A stretch of 48,668 nucleotides of DNA from a virus. Taxonomy: Duplodnaviria; Caudoviricetes. The first letter of the stretch is position 1, and the number at the start of each line of letters is the position of its first letter. Location of the stretch: positions 1-48,668 of the IMG/VR virus record IMGVR_UViG_3300038393_000800; one strand, given 5' to 3'. The notes under the pieces are model-generated. The model was not told the DNA's origin and did not search any database. It was given only the letters and a program-made list of their open reading frames with translations. The position numbers were made by a program, and so were the translations under genes. Below are positions 35,801-42,921 of the stretch, piece after piece.

Positions 35801-35891
35801 CGCTGAGTCCCAGGGACCCACGCCGGGCTCCGATGGATATGGATCGGGTAAGCAAGACCCAGATGGATTCTGTGCACTCTGCATGGCATAA
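32826..35891 (+). CDS. Tape-measure/gp29-like virion protein with phage-tail-lysozyme and M15 peptidase domains
   Basis: Coiled-coil N-terminus; GALTLSGEVARENSFNP...GMFSWQGSR (tail lysozyme-like); GGYNPR...SQHAMGNAMDI...GGDW..PDLGHLEW (M15 Zn peptidase); follows gp26/gp51. Confidence 0.8.
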   Translation: MADGNKNVPKKVDPVAPGSSKSKKLMNEFFHGALEGLTVNYGQSQGQYVDSPVGNGLFTRQNTNKDVSKYTPGKAYSSNLLSRFSPSASFKEVAVRRIGTTQIHSGDSNVDKAVSDALNDVSDVVNVFQDNVRKAFKATDKRLSNLETDVKRVDKRLRTVENDNRNITKKLRELAKPVVSGRTIDPKEIKTTLPTPNNGIANTATDSKSSLVGNALTTAVEGIIGARALKALKLLGSTAFIGSIGAATYEMRRTSEDKKSMYDSDVKEYGQTKADVLKDRRNFGITGWLNNRLDDVYEKFAGKKKKDEKTASASDKAKEFPSEDLDFKTKGMLTLESDKDAVITSKTKITLKAPEIVIDGHLNIKQHITSSSVVTESPNPDKTRAEEVGSKSTPETGTPQLQSTPNASVVAPVTPVRPDLTTAGPTISPQSQMSQPQAPENFTLTKGYHPRGTPSLETLPTTSQGTQSPMGKTMGPVNVGPIPSGSALKGDALRRGVYQAFRNAGYSHQGALTLSGEVARENSFNPNLVFGNHVDPANGARNSGMFSWQGSRNKELMKFLADHGALDKNGNIIRDQNALNAQALFIKSELSKKEYGGGKYNDMLSQKNVDRNAAADALGKHYIKWRIDDPRYRAAGIRNRTRGYDQTARAIEAVQSRQVASLDPTFGVGKQDGVLKIIKPKDVYNSLTAKANYMQPSQYGAPGTNIVSVKTAGGHKFKINAASKEAFQRTIEDLERAGMPLGQIGGYNPRPGGIGGRGKMSQHAMGNAMDIGSQSARDVISKASREWIEKHPKLWREILDRNGMISGGDWRNPDLGHLEWSGRKPWLENPELYDERQKKNTAVIEPRAAGEMPPVQDLTMTKAESTGEETDKQKPIQETQKDASPRKATPLGDQTLKEYDQAFNTPPVQTLEMTPSQDQAAKAPNLEKDQQQDAQPVSPTPPNLENKDDAQQSNEKQAPEDQSAPGPTREYTSTGPSGIEEPSSYIRAPRHDAESQGPTPGSDGYGSGKQDPDGFCALCMA

Positions 35892-35894
35892 ATA
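35888..35894 (+). promoter_or_regulatory. Late promoter ATAAATA
   Basis: Upstream of the holin gene. Confidence 0.55.
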
Positions 35895-35912
35895 GCTAAA
35901 AGGAATGCACAG

Positions 35913-36371
35913 ATGTCGCACAACGAAGACGGCACTCCCTCTACAGAGGGAATCACGGTTGAGACTAATGAAGTAACGGCGACTACCAGCTCAACTTCAT
36001 ACACACCTTCATATGAGCGGCAGGATTACGATGATGATTACCGCAGACGTCGTCGCAATGAGTTTGACTGGTCTCTAGTACGCAGCAACGAATCTCCCAT
36101 TACTGAGAAGTGGTTCGTCAACAACTGGCGTCCAATGATGGCTTGGTTGTATATGGCGATGGTTGCATTTGACTTCATCATCGCTCCGGTTATGTCTATG
36201 GTCATTCCCGTTCTTCCCTGGGTGCGTGCTATTCCATACACCCCATGGCATCCTTTGACGTTGGAGGGTGGAGGATTGATTCACGTTACGTTCGGTGCTG
36301 TTCTAGGCATCACTGCATGGGGAAGAACGAAGGAGAAGATTGATCCATCGGCTGATGATAAATCAGGATAA
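35913..36371 (+). CDS. Holin (3TM gene-transfer-release holin-like)
   Basis: WRPMMAWLYM...FDFIIAP...W.PLTL.GGGL.H..FGAVLGI.AWGRTKEK. Confidence 0.75.
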   Translation: MSHNEDGTPSTEGITVETNEVTATTSSTSYTPSYERQDYDDDYRRRRRNEFDWSLVRSNESPITEKWFVNNWRPMMAWLYMAMVAFDFIIAPVMSMVIPVLPWVRAIPYTPWHPLTLEGGGLIHVTFGAVLGITAWGRTKEKIDPSADDKSG

Positions 36372-36376
36372 AAGAA

Positions 36377-36400
36377 AAGCCCAGGAAATTTCCTGGGCTT
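36377..36400. terminator. Bidirectional terminator
   Basis: AAGCCCAGGAAATTTCCTGGGCTT between the convergent holin and gp32 genes; U-rich tail on the minus strand. Confidence 0.8.
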
Positions 36401-36426
36401 AGTTGTTTAACTATGTGCTTTCAAAA

Positions 36427-37365
36427 CTACTTATTCGCAAGTTTCTGAAAGAACTCGAGGCCCTCTTCATCGGCATCCTCTTCAGTAGAGGGCATCGTAA
36501 TACCCGATTCCTGGCGGGGTGAAGCAGACTTAGCTTCCTTAGGAGCCGTAGTCTTCTCGGCGATGTCCTCTCGAACACTTCGCTCAGCTGAGGTGTGAGC
36601 TGACATTCCCAACACCTTAAGCATCTTCTTCTCGAGCTCCTCGTATGACTTAAAGAGCTTCGGATCAAGGAACGACTGAAGTGAGTGAGCAGACTTCCAG
36701 ATCTTCTCGATCTTATCGTCTGAGTCAGCGATCGGTGACGGATCATCGAACTCCGACTTATCGTAGTTGCGGAAACCCTCAACTTGACGAATCTTAATCT
36801 TGAAGTCTGCGCCTTCCCAAAGATCAAACGGATTAACCGGCTGCTCGTCGGGAAACTTCGGATTCATCAGATCGTTGAGCTTATCGAAGATCTTCTTACC
36901 ATACTGATAGAGGAACACTTTACCGTTGTTCTCAGGATGAGCCGGGTCCTCAATCACTAGGATGTTTGAGATGTAGTGCATCCGACGCTTAGTTCCAGCA
37001 GTAGTGCCGTGTCCAGACACGATCTTGCGACCAGCCGATCCCTCACCTTCGGCCCAGAGCTTACGGTTCATATCTGAAACCGGATCGTCCTTACCAATCG
37101 TATTGAGCGAGAGCTCAATGTACCAGCCGCCTCCAGTTCCTGTGAAGCCGTGATCCCAACGACGAATAAAGGGAACATCTTCACCCTCCGGTGAGTCTAG
37201 AAAGCGTACAACAGCGTAACCATTGCCGGCTTTATCTACCGTTGGTTGCCAAAAGCGTTCGTCTGTTTTTGAAAATGATTTGGAGTTAAGCTTATCTAAC
37301 TCTGCGTTCAGTTTATCGAATGATGTGGAACGCGACTTTTTTAGTTCAGCAAATGATAGTGCCAA
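36427..37365 (-). CDS. gp32: Single-stranded DNA-binding protein gp32
   Basis: DERFW.PTVDKAGNGYAVVRFL, WYIE.SL.T.G..DPV, YISNILV..DPAHPENNGKVFLY.YGKKIFDK, NPFD.WEGA.FK; acidic tail. Confidence 0.97.
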   Translation of the reverse strand: MALSFAELKKSRSTSFDKLNAELDKLNSKSFSKTDERFWQPTVDKAGNGYAVVRFLDSPEGEDVPFIRRWDHGFTGTGGGWYIELSLNTIGKDDPVSDMNRKLWAEGEGSAGRKIVSGHGTTAGTKRRMHYISNILVIEDPAHPENNGKVFLYQYGKKIFDKLNDLMNPKFPDEQPVNPFDLWEGADFKIKIRQVEGFRNYDKSEFDDPSPIADSDDKIEKIWKSAHSLQSFLDPKLFKSYEELEKKMLKVLGMSAHTSAERSVREDIAEKTTAPKEAKSASPRQESGITMPSTEEDADEEGLEFFQKLANK

Positions 37366-37426
37366 TGCATGTCTCCTTATATACGTTGTATTCTAAATGT
37401 ACGATGTATTTTGTCTTTCGACAGTC

Positions 37427-37434
37427 TATTTATA
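37427..37434 (-). promoter_or_regulatory. Late promoter TATAAATA upstream of gp32
   Basis: Exact T4 late consensus in the intergenic region. Confidence 0.65.
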
Positions 37435-37460
37435 GACTTCGATGAACTTTCTAGACGATG

Positions 37461-38045
37461 CTATGAATATTTTTTTATGATCGCCGTTCGAACCATTTCT
37501 CTATCGTACTGAAGAAACGGCCTGCACTTCTCGATTTTTTCGAGAACTTCCATGCATATCAAGTCGTCCTTGAGTATGCGCTTCCACGATTTAGTGAAGT
37601 GTGTCAGATCGTCTAGAGCGATCATGATCTCGATGCTTATTTTTCCAGAAAGATAGCTACGTAGCAGATGCGGGTGTTCGTTCTCTTCGGCTTTAAGAAA
37701 AGCGTTGAAGTCTTCTTTATCACCGGATGGAAGCTTAGACGCAACTGTATACGCTAGAGATTGAATAGTCTTAATTCTATCGTCGTAGCGCTTGAGTGCT
37801 TCTGGATTATATGGAATAGAACCTATCCACGTCTTTGGATCGTGTGATAAGTTAGCAACGAGAAGGCCAAGCACATCGGGATGCTTGGCTAACTTTTGGA
37901 AAAAGATCTTATCTTTTCTATTCTCAAACGACTTTTGTGAAGCGTTAGTCTGACCATTGTATCGAATGTAGTCGTACTTACTTCCGGGTTCAAAGTGTCG
38001 CTTAAGTCCAAGATAGATTTTATACGCTTCAAATGCTGATGTCAA
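37461..38045 (-). CDS. gp59: Helicase loader gp59
   Basis: AYKIYLGLKRHF...YDY..YNG...SFE.RKD..FF.KL, HP.LL..YL.GKIS.E; upstream of gp32. Confidence 0.92.
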   Translation of the reverse strand: MTSAFEAYKIYLGLKRHFEPGSKYDYIRYNGQTNASQKSFENRKDKIFFQKLAKHPDVLGLLVANLSHDPKTWIGSIPYNPEALKRYDDRIKTIQSLAYTVASKLPSGDKEDFNAFLKAEENEHPHLLRSYLSGKISIEIMIALDDLTHFTKSWKRILKDDLICMEVLEKIEKCRPFLQYDREMVRTAIIKKYS

Positions 38046-38383
38046 TGATTGATTCTATCCAGTTCACTGACTCTCACTGATCTATAATCACCGGGTCTCG
38101 CTTCAACGAGTGCATGAGAACCATCCGCTGTGATGAAGCAAACGATCCCAGAGCTGATGCAGTCAACGTATTTTTCCGCATACTTATTAACTCTATCCCC
38201 TGCACGGATCGTTTGCTTGTGCTGAGTAATGGAGTTCTCGATATCACGCAAAGGAAATGGACCATTGGTGTTGGGTATCGAGACAACAAAATAAGAAGCA
38301 GCAAGAGGATCGGAAGGATCATCCGCGAGTGATTCTTCAATAGTTCCCTTGATGTAGACTACGTCTCCTTCACGATATGTCAT
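38042..38383 (-). CDS. Hypothetical protein
   Basis: Coupled overlaps with both neighbours. Confidence 0.6.
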   Translation of the reverse strand: MTYREGDVVYIKGTIEESLADDPSDPLAASYFVVSIPNTNGPFPLRDIENSITQHKQTIRAGDRVNKYAEKYVDCISSGIVCFITADGSHALVEARPGDYRSVRVSELDRINH

Positions 38384-38604
38384 GCCGGCACCAACACTTT
38401 CTTATGCTTGATTTCATCTGGACCGAGTCTCTTGTTCTCACGCACCGGAGGAACGAAGAGGATGTGAGTTGGATCGGTACTGTGCCCTTTTGATCCCTGG
38501 CGCCTCTCAAAGCTCTTATTCAGACGCCTGCCAGAAACTGTATTAAAGTCGTTGCGGCGTGCGCCTCGATACGTACTGGATTGTCTCACGTTGTAAACCT
38601 CCAT
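38380..38604 (-). CDS. Hypothetical basic protein
   Basis: STYRGARRN motif; ATGA overlap. Confidence 0.55.
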   Translation of the reverse strand: MEVYNVRQSSTYRGARRNDFNTVSGRRLNKSFERRQGSKGHSTDPTHILFVPPVRENKRLGPDEIKHKKVLVPA

Positions 38605-38698
38605 GATAATGATTTTTTATGTTGTTTGTGCTTAATGCGAATGCATTGAACAAAGATGAGGATCGCTACTAGTCGTATCAACAGATCGATTATGCGGT

Positions 38699-39190
38699 TC
38701 ATTTATTTCTGCAAGCTAAACGCTTTTCATCGGTGATGTGCTTTTTATAAAGTTGATAGAGACCTATCTCTCTGCCATAAGCTTCAATTTCCCATGGAGC
38801 GTTCCAGTATGTTTCTGGGTTGTCCGATTCGTCATCGGGAAATGGATATAGTTTGTTTTTCCAGCGAACTTTTGATCTGGACACTAAGTCCTTCAGTTCG
38901 CCTGTTGCAAACTGCTTAACATGAGTTAACTCATGACCAAGTGCTCTGAGAAGTCTGACTTTTGATTTTTTGTTAGAATTAACGTAGATCAAGAAGTTTT
39001 TGGGTCGGACTGGATTAACGCTAGTCCACGTCATCTCAGCTGTGTGTTCTATAGTATCAACAAATCTAATAGTGATTTTAAGCTTCTTGATTAAGCTTTT
39101 CGACATCAATTCATTGGCGTAGAAGTGCACGGCTTTTTTGAGGTCAGGAATATCCTTCTTTCTGACTTTCCCGTTGATAGTAAGTCTCAC
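38699..39190 (-). CDS. HExxH metallopeptidase-like protein
   Basis: LGHELTHVKQF..GEL, YW.APWEIEAYGRE; GGAGG RBS; CTAAATA at 39212-39218. Confidence 0.8.
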   Translation of the reverse strand: MRLTINGKVRKKDIPDLKKAVHFYANELMSKSLIKKLKITIRFVDTIEHTAEMTWTSVNPVRPKNFLIYVNSNKKSKVRLLRALGHELTHVKQFATGELKDLVSRSKVRWKNKLYPFPDDESDNPETYWNAPWEIEAYGREIGLYQLYKKHITDEKRLACRNK

Positions 39191-39221
39191 CTATCCCTCC
39201 ATCAGCTCTGATATTTAGGAT

Positions 39222-39410
39222 TTAGGAGGGTTTTACTACGACCTTCTTTATGTTGTGGGGTGAGTGATATGTGACAGAACCATCATCGTGATTAGCGATG
39301 AAGCCCTCCCGAAAGATCTTCGATGCCGTTTGTTTAGAAGCCTCTTCCTGAGTCTCAAACTTGAATGGAGGAGTACCGTCTACGAAGTACACTTCAACTA
39401 TCTGCTTCAT
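39222..39410 (-). CDS. Hypothetical protein
   Basis: ATGA overlap with gp33. Confidence 0.55.
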   Translation of the reverse strand: MKQIVEVYFVDGTPPFKFETQEEASKQTASKIFREGFIANHDDGSVTYHSPHNIKKVVVKPS

Positions 39411-39634
39411 AGGGGAAGACGTGATCCTTTGATTAAAAAATGCAGATCCTCGGCATCGATCCTGAGTTGAGCCAGGAACTTAGGATTCTTCTCGATGAGA
39501 GGAGCCACTGACTCTATCTCTAAGCCTTTCCTGGAACACCACTCGACTATGGCGTCGAGGTAGGTTGAACCACCTCGAGCCATCTTCTCCACACTCTCAT
39601 AGAACTCAGTGGCTTTATTCAGATGGGAAGTCAT
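39407..39634 (-). CDS. gp33: Late transcription coactivator gp33
   Basis: F...VE......YLDAIVEWC....LEIESV..LI......L..DAE.L.FL....RLPL; upstream of gp59. Confidence 0.88.
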   Translation of the reverse strand: MTSHLNKATEFYESVEKMARGGSTYLDAIVEWCSRKGLEIESVAPLIEKNPKFLAQLRIDAEDLHFLIKGSRLPL

Positions 39635-39834
39635 CCAATGAAGATGTCCTGGATGATCGAGTTGTCATCTACACGCAAGTTCAATCGCTTGCCGTTGTAG
39701 TCGATGTTGTTTCGAAGCACTTGATCGAGTACGTTGACCGTAAAATGACCGTGATTGGTCGCTTGTTCAGTGATCTGGTCGATGACGTCTACGAGCTTTT
39801 TACCGACGTAGTGTGCATATGGTTCCGGTGTCAT
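39631..39834 (-). CDS. Hypothetical protein
   Basis: YVGK.L.......A......V.......D....RLNL.V pattern (I78/potato-inhibitor-like small fold possible); coupled overlaps. Confidence 0.55.
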   Translation of the reverse strand: MTPEPYAHYVGKKLVDVIDQITEQATNHGHFTVNVLDQVLRNNIDYNGKRLNLRVDDNSIIQDIFIG

Positions 39835-40151
39835 GCTACCTTTCTTTCATTATGATAATGACCATTTTTCTTGGGAATAGCGCGCTTGCGCTTGAAGTTA
39901 CGAACTGCGTTTAAGATTTTTTGATTCAATGTAACGTCGGGAAAAAACTGATAACGATCACTGGGGATCATTCGGATATGAGTACCAGGAATGTAAGTTA
40001 CTTTTCCATCGATACGCATGGTTATATATGATCGATTCGTATAGACGTCAACGTGCATAGAAATCAATTCACCATTTGGTAAAAGAGCGTGTACACAGTC
40101 CATGCGTTTACCGACGCGATGATGACCCTCAAAGATATGTGTTCTAGCCAT
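39831..40151 (-). CDS. Hypothetical protein
   Basis: Coupled to the downstream gene; leader carries ACAACG repeats. Confidence 0.6.
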   Translation of the reverse strand: MARTHIFEGHHRVGKRMDCVHALLPNGELISMHVDVYTNRSYITMRIDGKVTYIPGTHIRMIPSDRYQFFPDVTLNQKILNAVRNFKRKRAIPKKNGHYHNERKVA

Positions 40152-40194
40152 TTATATTTTCCATTGTATGCGTTGTGTGCGTTGTATAAAAAAT

Positions 40195-40285
40195 GGAGGT
40201 GTTTCACGAGCTTATCCTCCGAGCTCCAGGGCCGTTCGTCCTATAACAGGAAGACGCCTCCACCAGACTACACTTCAGGGTAGTC
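40195..40285. ncRNA. Unidentified structured RNA with tRNA-like acceptor stem
   Basis: GGAGGTGTTT...AGACGCCTCC-ACCA stem, internal GAGCTT/GAGCTC and TCCT/AGGA hairpins, adjacent GACTAC/GTAGTC hairpin; intergenic. Confidence 0.45.
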
Positions 40286-40304
40286 GACCTGCAGTTCTTG
40301 AGCG

Positions 40305-40487
40305 TCACTTTGCATCGATGAAGCAAAAAGCAGCCACACAAGCTGTAACAATTCCAATCATACCAGATACCAAAGCAAATAAGAAACGCGCGGCATCTAA
40401 TGCAGAGTCAATAGATGAACCAGTTGGAACAGCTAGATACGCTAGTCCAAATGCTATACCAGTGACCAAGAGTGATCTATAGAGCAT
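40305..40487 (-). CDS. Two-TM membrane protein
   Basis: GAGGA RBS; two hydrophobic segments. Confidence 0.55.
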   Translation of the reverse strand: MLYRSLLVTGIAFGLAYLAVPTGSSIDSALDAARFLFALVSGMIGIVTACVAAFCFIDAK

Positions 40488-40512
40488 TTTACTTTCCTCA
40501 TCATAAAATTAG

Positions 40513-40644
40513 TACATCGGGGCCGGTGAGGTATCTTGCTATCCTCTTCCAAGGAATTGCATCCCATTCTCCGTTTACAGCGCAGTAGTAGCTTGGTCAC
40601 GCTGTGGTTGGCTACTACCCCAACCCTTTCCTTACCCCGATGTA
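40513..40644 (-). ncRNA. Unidentified 132-nt structured RNA with kissing loops
   Basis: Closing stem TACATCGGGG/CCCCGATGTA; hairpins GGTTGG/CCAACC and ACAGCG/CGCTGT whose loops GTAGTAG and CTACTAC are complementary. Confidence 0.65.
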
Positions 40645-40687
40645 TCGACCGCCCACTACAATCGGGCACGCCGCCGATTAGAATTAG

Positions 40688-40938
40688 TGGTGGGATTCTG
40701 TTTCCAAGTTCCCACCGAACTCATGATTAGGCCGCGAGGGCGTAATCGAGAACACCATTGTCGTTGGCATTTATAACGAGCGATAGTTCGCCACCCTTCA
40801 ACTCTCGGTCTCTACCTCAGAAGCGAATCGATCCTAGTTCGAGCCCATCAAAAGCACTTCGTAGTTAAGTGTTTTTGGTGGACTCGAGCGGTACTGCCCC
40901 GCTGTCTTCGCTCTTACTTCCAAACGTCATCAAGTTGA
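40688..40938 (-). ncRNA. ssrA: Circularly permuted two-piece tmRNA
   Basis: Acceptor piece ends GCGGGGCAGTACCGCTCGAGTCCACCA (CCA at 40876); 29-nt intervening segment; coding piece starts GGGCTCGAACTAGGATCGA at 40846; G3:U70 pair; tag frame 40768-40727 ANDNGVLDYALAA*. Outer ends approximate. Confidence 0.93.
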
Positions 40939-40943
40939 CTCTG

Positions 40944-40974
40944 TATTTATACACCGGCTGCACACCGATGTAAA
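40944..40974 (-). promoter_or_regulatory. Overlapping sigma70-like and late promoters for tmRNA
   Basis: TTTACA-N17-TATAAA, whose -10 box extends to TATAAATA. Confidence 0.7.
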
Positions 40975-40975
40975 A

Positions 40976-41596
40976 CTATTTCGTAACTATATTGTAGTCT
41001 CTCATCTCCTGAGGAGTAAGCACACGTAATTCGGTGCGCCAAGCTTCACGAGTCATCGCTGCGTGAATCATCTCCATCGAGACACCCATCTCAGCTGTGT
41101 AGACGACGAGTTCACCAAGAGACAATTGAATGCCTGCTACTTGACTTGATGTAAATACGTCGTCTGGTGTGTTGTCCTTCGTATTCAAGTGAAGCTGGTG
41201 AACGGTTAAAACATTGCCTGGAGCAACGCGACGATGAACACCTGAGATGAAGAGGAACGGGCATATCGACTCGCATCTTCCAGTGTTTATCACAGTGCCG
41301 TCATCAAGAACTTTACCCACTTCAGTATTCACTTCATTCTTACGCAGGAAGCGGCCTATTCTCATCGTCTCATCGACGTTTCCTCCCTCTGAGTTTAGGA
41401 TAAACGTACGATGCTTGATGTCGATGACCATCGAGAGGAGCGCCAGCTCCTCGAACGTCTTGTTGTATTCGATATTCCCATCTGCACGAATGTCTCCTTT
41501 CGGAGTCAAGTAGAAGTGCATGGGATTACCGAGCACTGGAGCTGTAGTCAGTAAATTGACTAGCAATCCAATTGCTAATTTCTTGATCACGTCCAT
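40976..41596 (-). CDS. Periplasmic ClpP/crotonase-fold protein (COG3904-like)
   Basis: Signal peptide; LNSEGGNV...IGR.LR...C.S.C...F.SGV.R......VHQ...MGVS...LT..E. Confidence 0.75.
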   Translation of the reverse strand: MDVIKKLAIGLLVNLLTTAPVLGNPMHFYLTPKGDIRADGNIEYNKTFEELALLSMVIDIKHRTFILNSEGGNVDETMRIGRFLRKNEVNTEVGKVLDDGTVINTGRCESICPFLFISGVHRRVAPGNVLTVHQLHLNTKDNTPDDVFTSSQVAGIQLSLGELVVYTAEMGVSMEMIHAAMTREAWRTELRVLTPQEMRDYNIVTK

Positions 41597-42057
41597 ACTT
41601 CGATGATCTCCGAGAATCCCTCTTCAAGGGTCGGCATTTCGAAGGACTTCATCATCGATTGAACGATTTCGACGGGAATCGTTTTGCCTGGACGAGACAT
41701 CAAGCGGTGCTTCCACTCATCGAAGTCTCGGCATCGAACAACGACTGCGATCTTCTTCCAGTTGTAGGGAACAGTCAAGAGCTTCTTCTGACGCGTCTTA
41801 ACGTTCAGGTTCGTCTGATCCCAGATCAGGGGTTTGTTGTACTGAACTGCATATGTTACCAAAGACTTAACGTGAGTCTCAGCACCTTTGATCGATTCCT
41901 TGAAGACTTCATTATAAGTCTTTCCCTGCTCCTTGGCCTGAGCTTCGATGTAGTCGTCGGACGATGCGACGATTCCGCCGTAGATCTTTGCCTGAGCATC
42001 GCGCCACGTACTTTTTCCAGACGCTGGCAATCCAACCATCATATGAAGCGTCGTCAT
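41587..42057 (-). CDS. Polynucleotide-kinase-like P-loop kinase (AAA_33)
   Basis: MMVGLPASGKSTW, SSDDYIE, IWDQTNL....R, R.GK.IP, P...EGF. Confidence 0.85.
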   Translation of the reverse strand: MTTLHMMVGLPASGKSTWRDAQAKIYGGIVASSDDYIEAQAKEQGKTYNEVFKESIKGAETHVKSLVTYAVQYNKPLIWDQTNLNVKTRQKKLLTVPYNWKKIAVVVRCRDFDEWKHRLMSRPGKTIPVEIVQSMMKSFEMPTLEEGFSEIIEVWT

Positions 42058-42119
42058 TCTTCAAGCCTTTCGTTTATTTAGATGTGTATAACTGTAAACC
42101 AGCTACGAACCGAGTAAAC

Positions 42120-42401
42120 TTATAGTTGAAGAAAACGCCGATACCAATCGATAGTGAAGAGGTGCTCAAGTTTGAGAGCAGAGAACGTTCCGACAACGGC
42201 GCCCAGCGCCCCAGAAAGGAGAAGCACGTGATCGCTTACATATGAAATAGTAGCAAACCCCGCCAGGAAATAAATCATAGCGGAGTAGAAGCAAGCACCG
42301 GCTATCTTATCGTTCTGGATCGATTTAGTGTACCTGGCCCAGACTATGTCCAGTGCAAACGTTGTGAAGAAGATTAGTAAGTGACTATAGAGCGATGTCA
42401 C
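42120..42401 (-). CDS. Small multi-TM membrane protein
   Basis: Three hydrophobic segments; GA.VGT motif. Confidence 0.65.
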   Translation of the reverse strand: MTSLYSHLLIFFTTFALDIVWARYTKSIQNDKIAGACFYSAMIYFLAGFATISYVSDHVLLLSGALGAVVGTFSALKLEHLFTIDWYRRFLQL

Positions 42402-42921
42402 TAAGCACTTCCTGCCAATTTGCGATCTTACGATATTCTATTCCCTGAAGTGCTAAGATGTTGAGAATGTGTTTGTCGATTTCCTTTGATTCCTGCTCAT
42501 TCTGAAGTCGACCAACCTGACGAAATTCTCGATCACCTCTATCGATGAAGTAAACGAGATTATCGTACATCTCAAAAGTCTGCATGATCAGATCAGCAAG
42601 AGTTAGCTTCCAGTACTTCTCATTTCGTCCAGTAAATTTCGACTGACCGGATTCCAAATAATGAAGCATCATGAAGATCGGACAGTCGGTTACTATGAAT
42701 TCAAATTGATCTTTAGCATCGTAGAGCTTATTGGCTTGCTTAGCGAAGACGTAGAGCTGATCATCGAGAGTCTGCTTTCGACCTTGAACAACAGCTTGCA
42801 TGGCGAACTCAGGAACATAGAGAACGTCCTTGCGAAGTTCTTTGAGATATGCAGCCAGTCCCAGAGCGTTTGTAGTCTTACCGGCACTCGGCCCCGCACA
42901 AAATGAAATAACCTTAGTCAT
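42385..42921 (-). CDS. NadR/AAA_28-like P-loop kinase
   Basis: AGPSAGKTT.A, VPEFA, DQLYVFAKQ, IVTDCP, GRLQ...ES..ID. Confidence 0.8.
   Translation of the reverse strand: MTKVISFCAGPSAGKTTNALGLAAYLKELRKDVLYVPEFAMQAVVQGRKQTLDDQLYVFAKQANKLYDAKDQFEFIVTDCPIFMMLHYLESGQSKFTGRNEKYWKLTLADLIMQTFEMYDNLVYFIDRGDREFRQVGRLQNEQESKEIDKHILNILALQGIEYRKIANWQEVLSDIAL

Noticed and set aside
37344-37370. ATG just after the gp32 Shine-Dalgarno sequence as the true start
   Set aside because: It is out of frame, only 2 nt from AAGGAG, and gives a 9-aa peptide; the TTG at 37365 is well spaced and in frame.
40195-40265. Canonical tRNA or HDV-like/hammerhead ribozyme
   Set aside because: No TTCRA T-loop in the right position and no D-loop GG; the hammerhead CUGANGA core and HDV nested pseudoknot could not be built convincingly.
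40513-40644. RNase P RNA or cobalamin riboswitch
   Set aside because: Only loose resemblance (AAGGAAAG, CTGTAA, AGCAAGATACC). It is too short for RNase P and the conserved boxes are not properly matched, so it is left as unidentified.
40168-40730. ORF-track calls 40168..40482, 40454..40669 and 40536..40730
   Set aside because: They overlap structured RNAs or a better-supported minus-strand gene, and lack an RBS or recognisable motifs.
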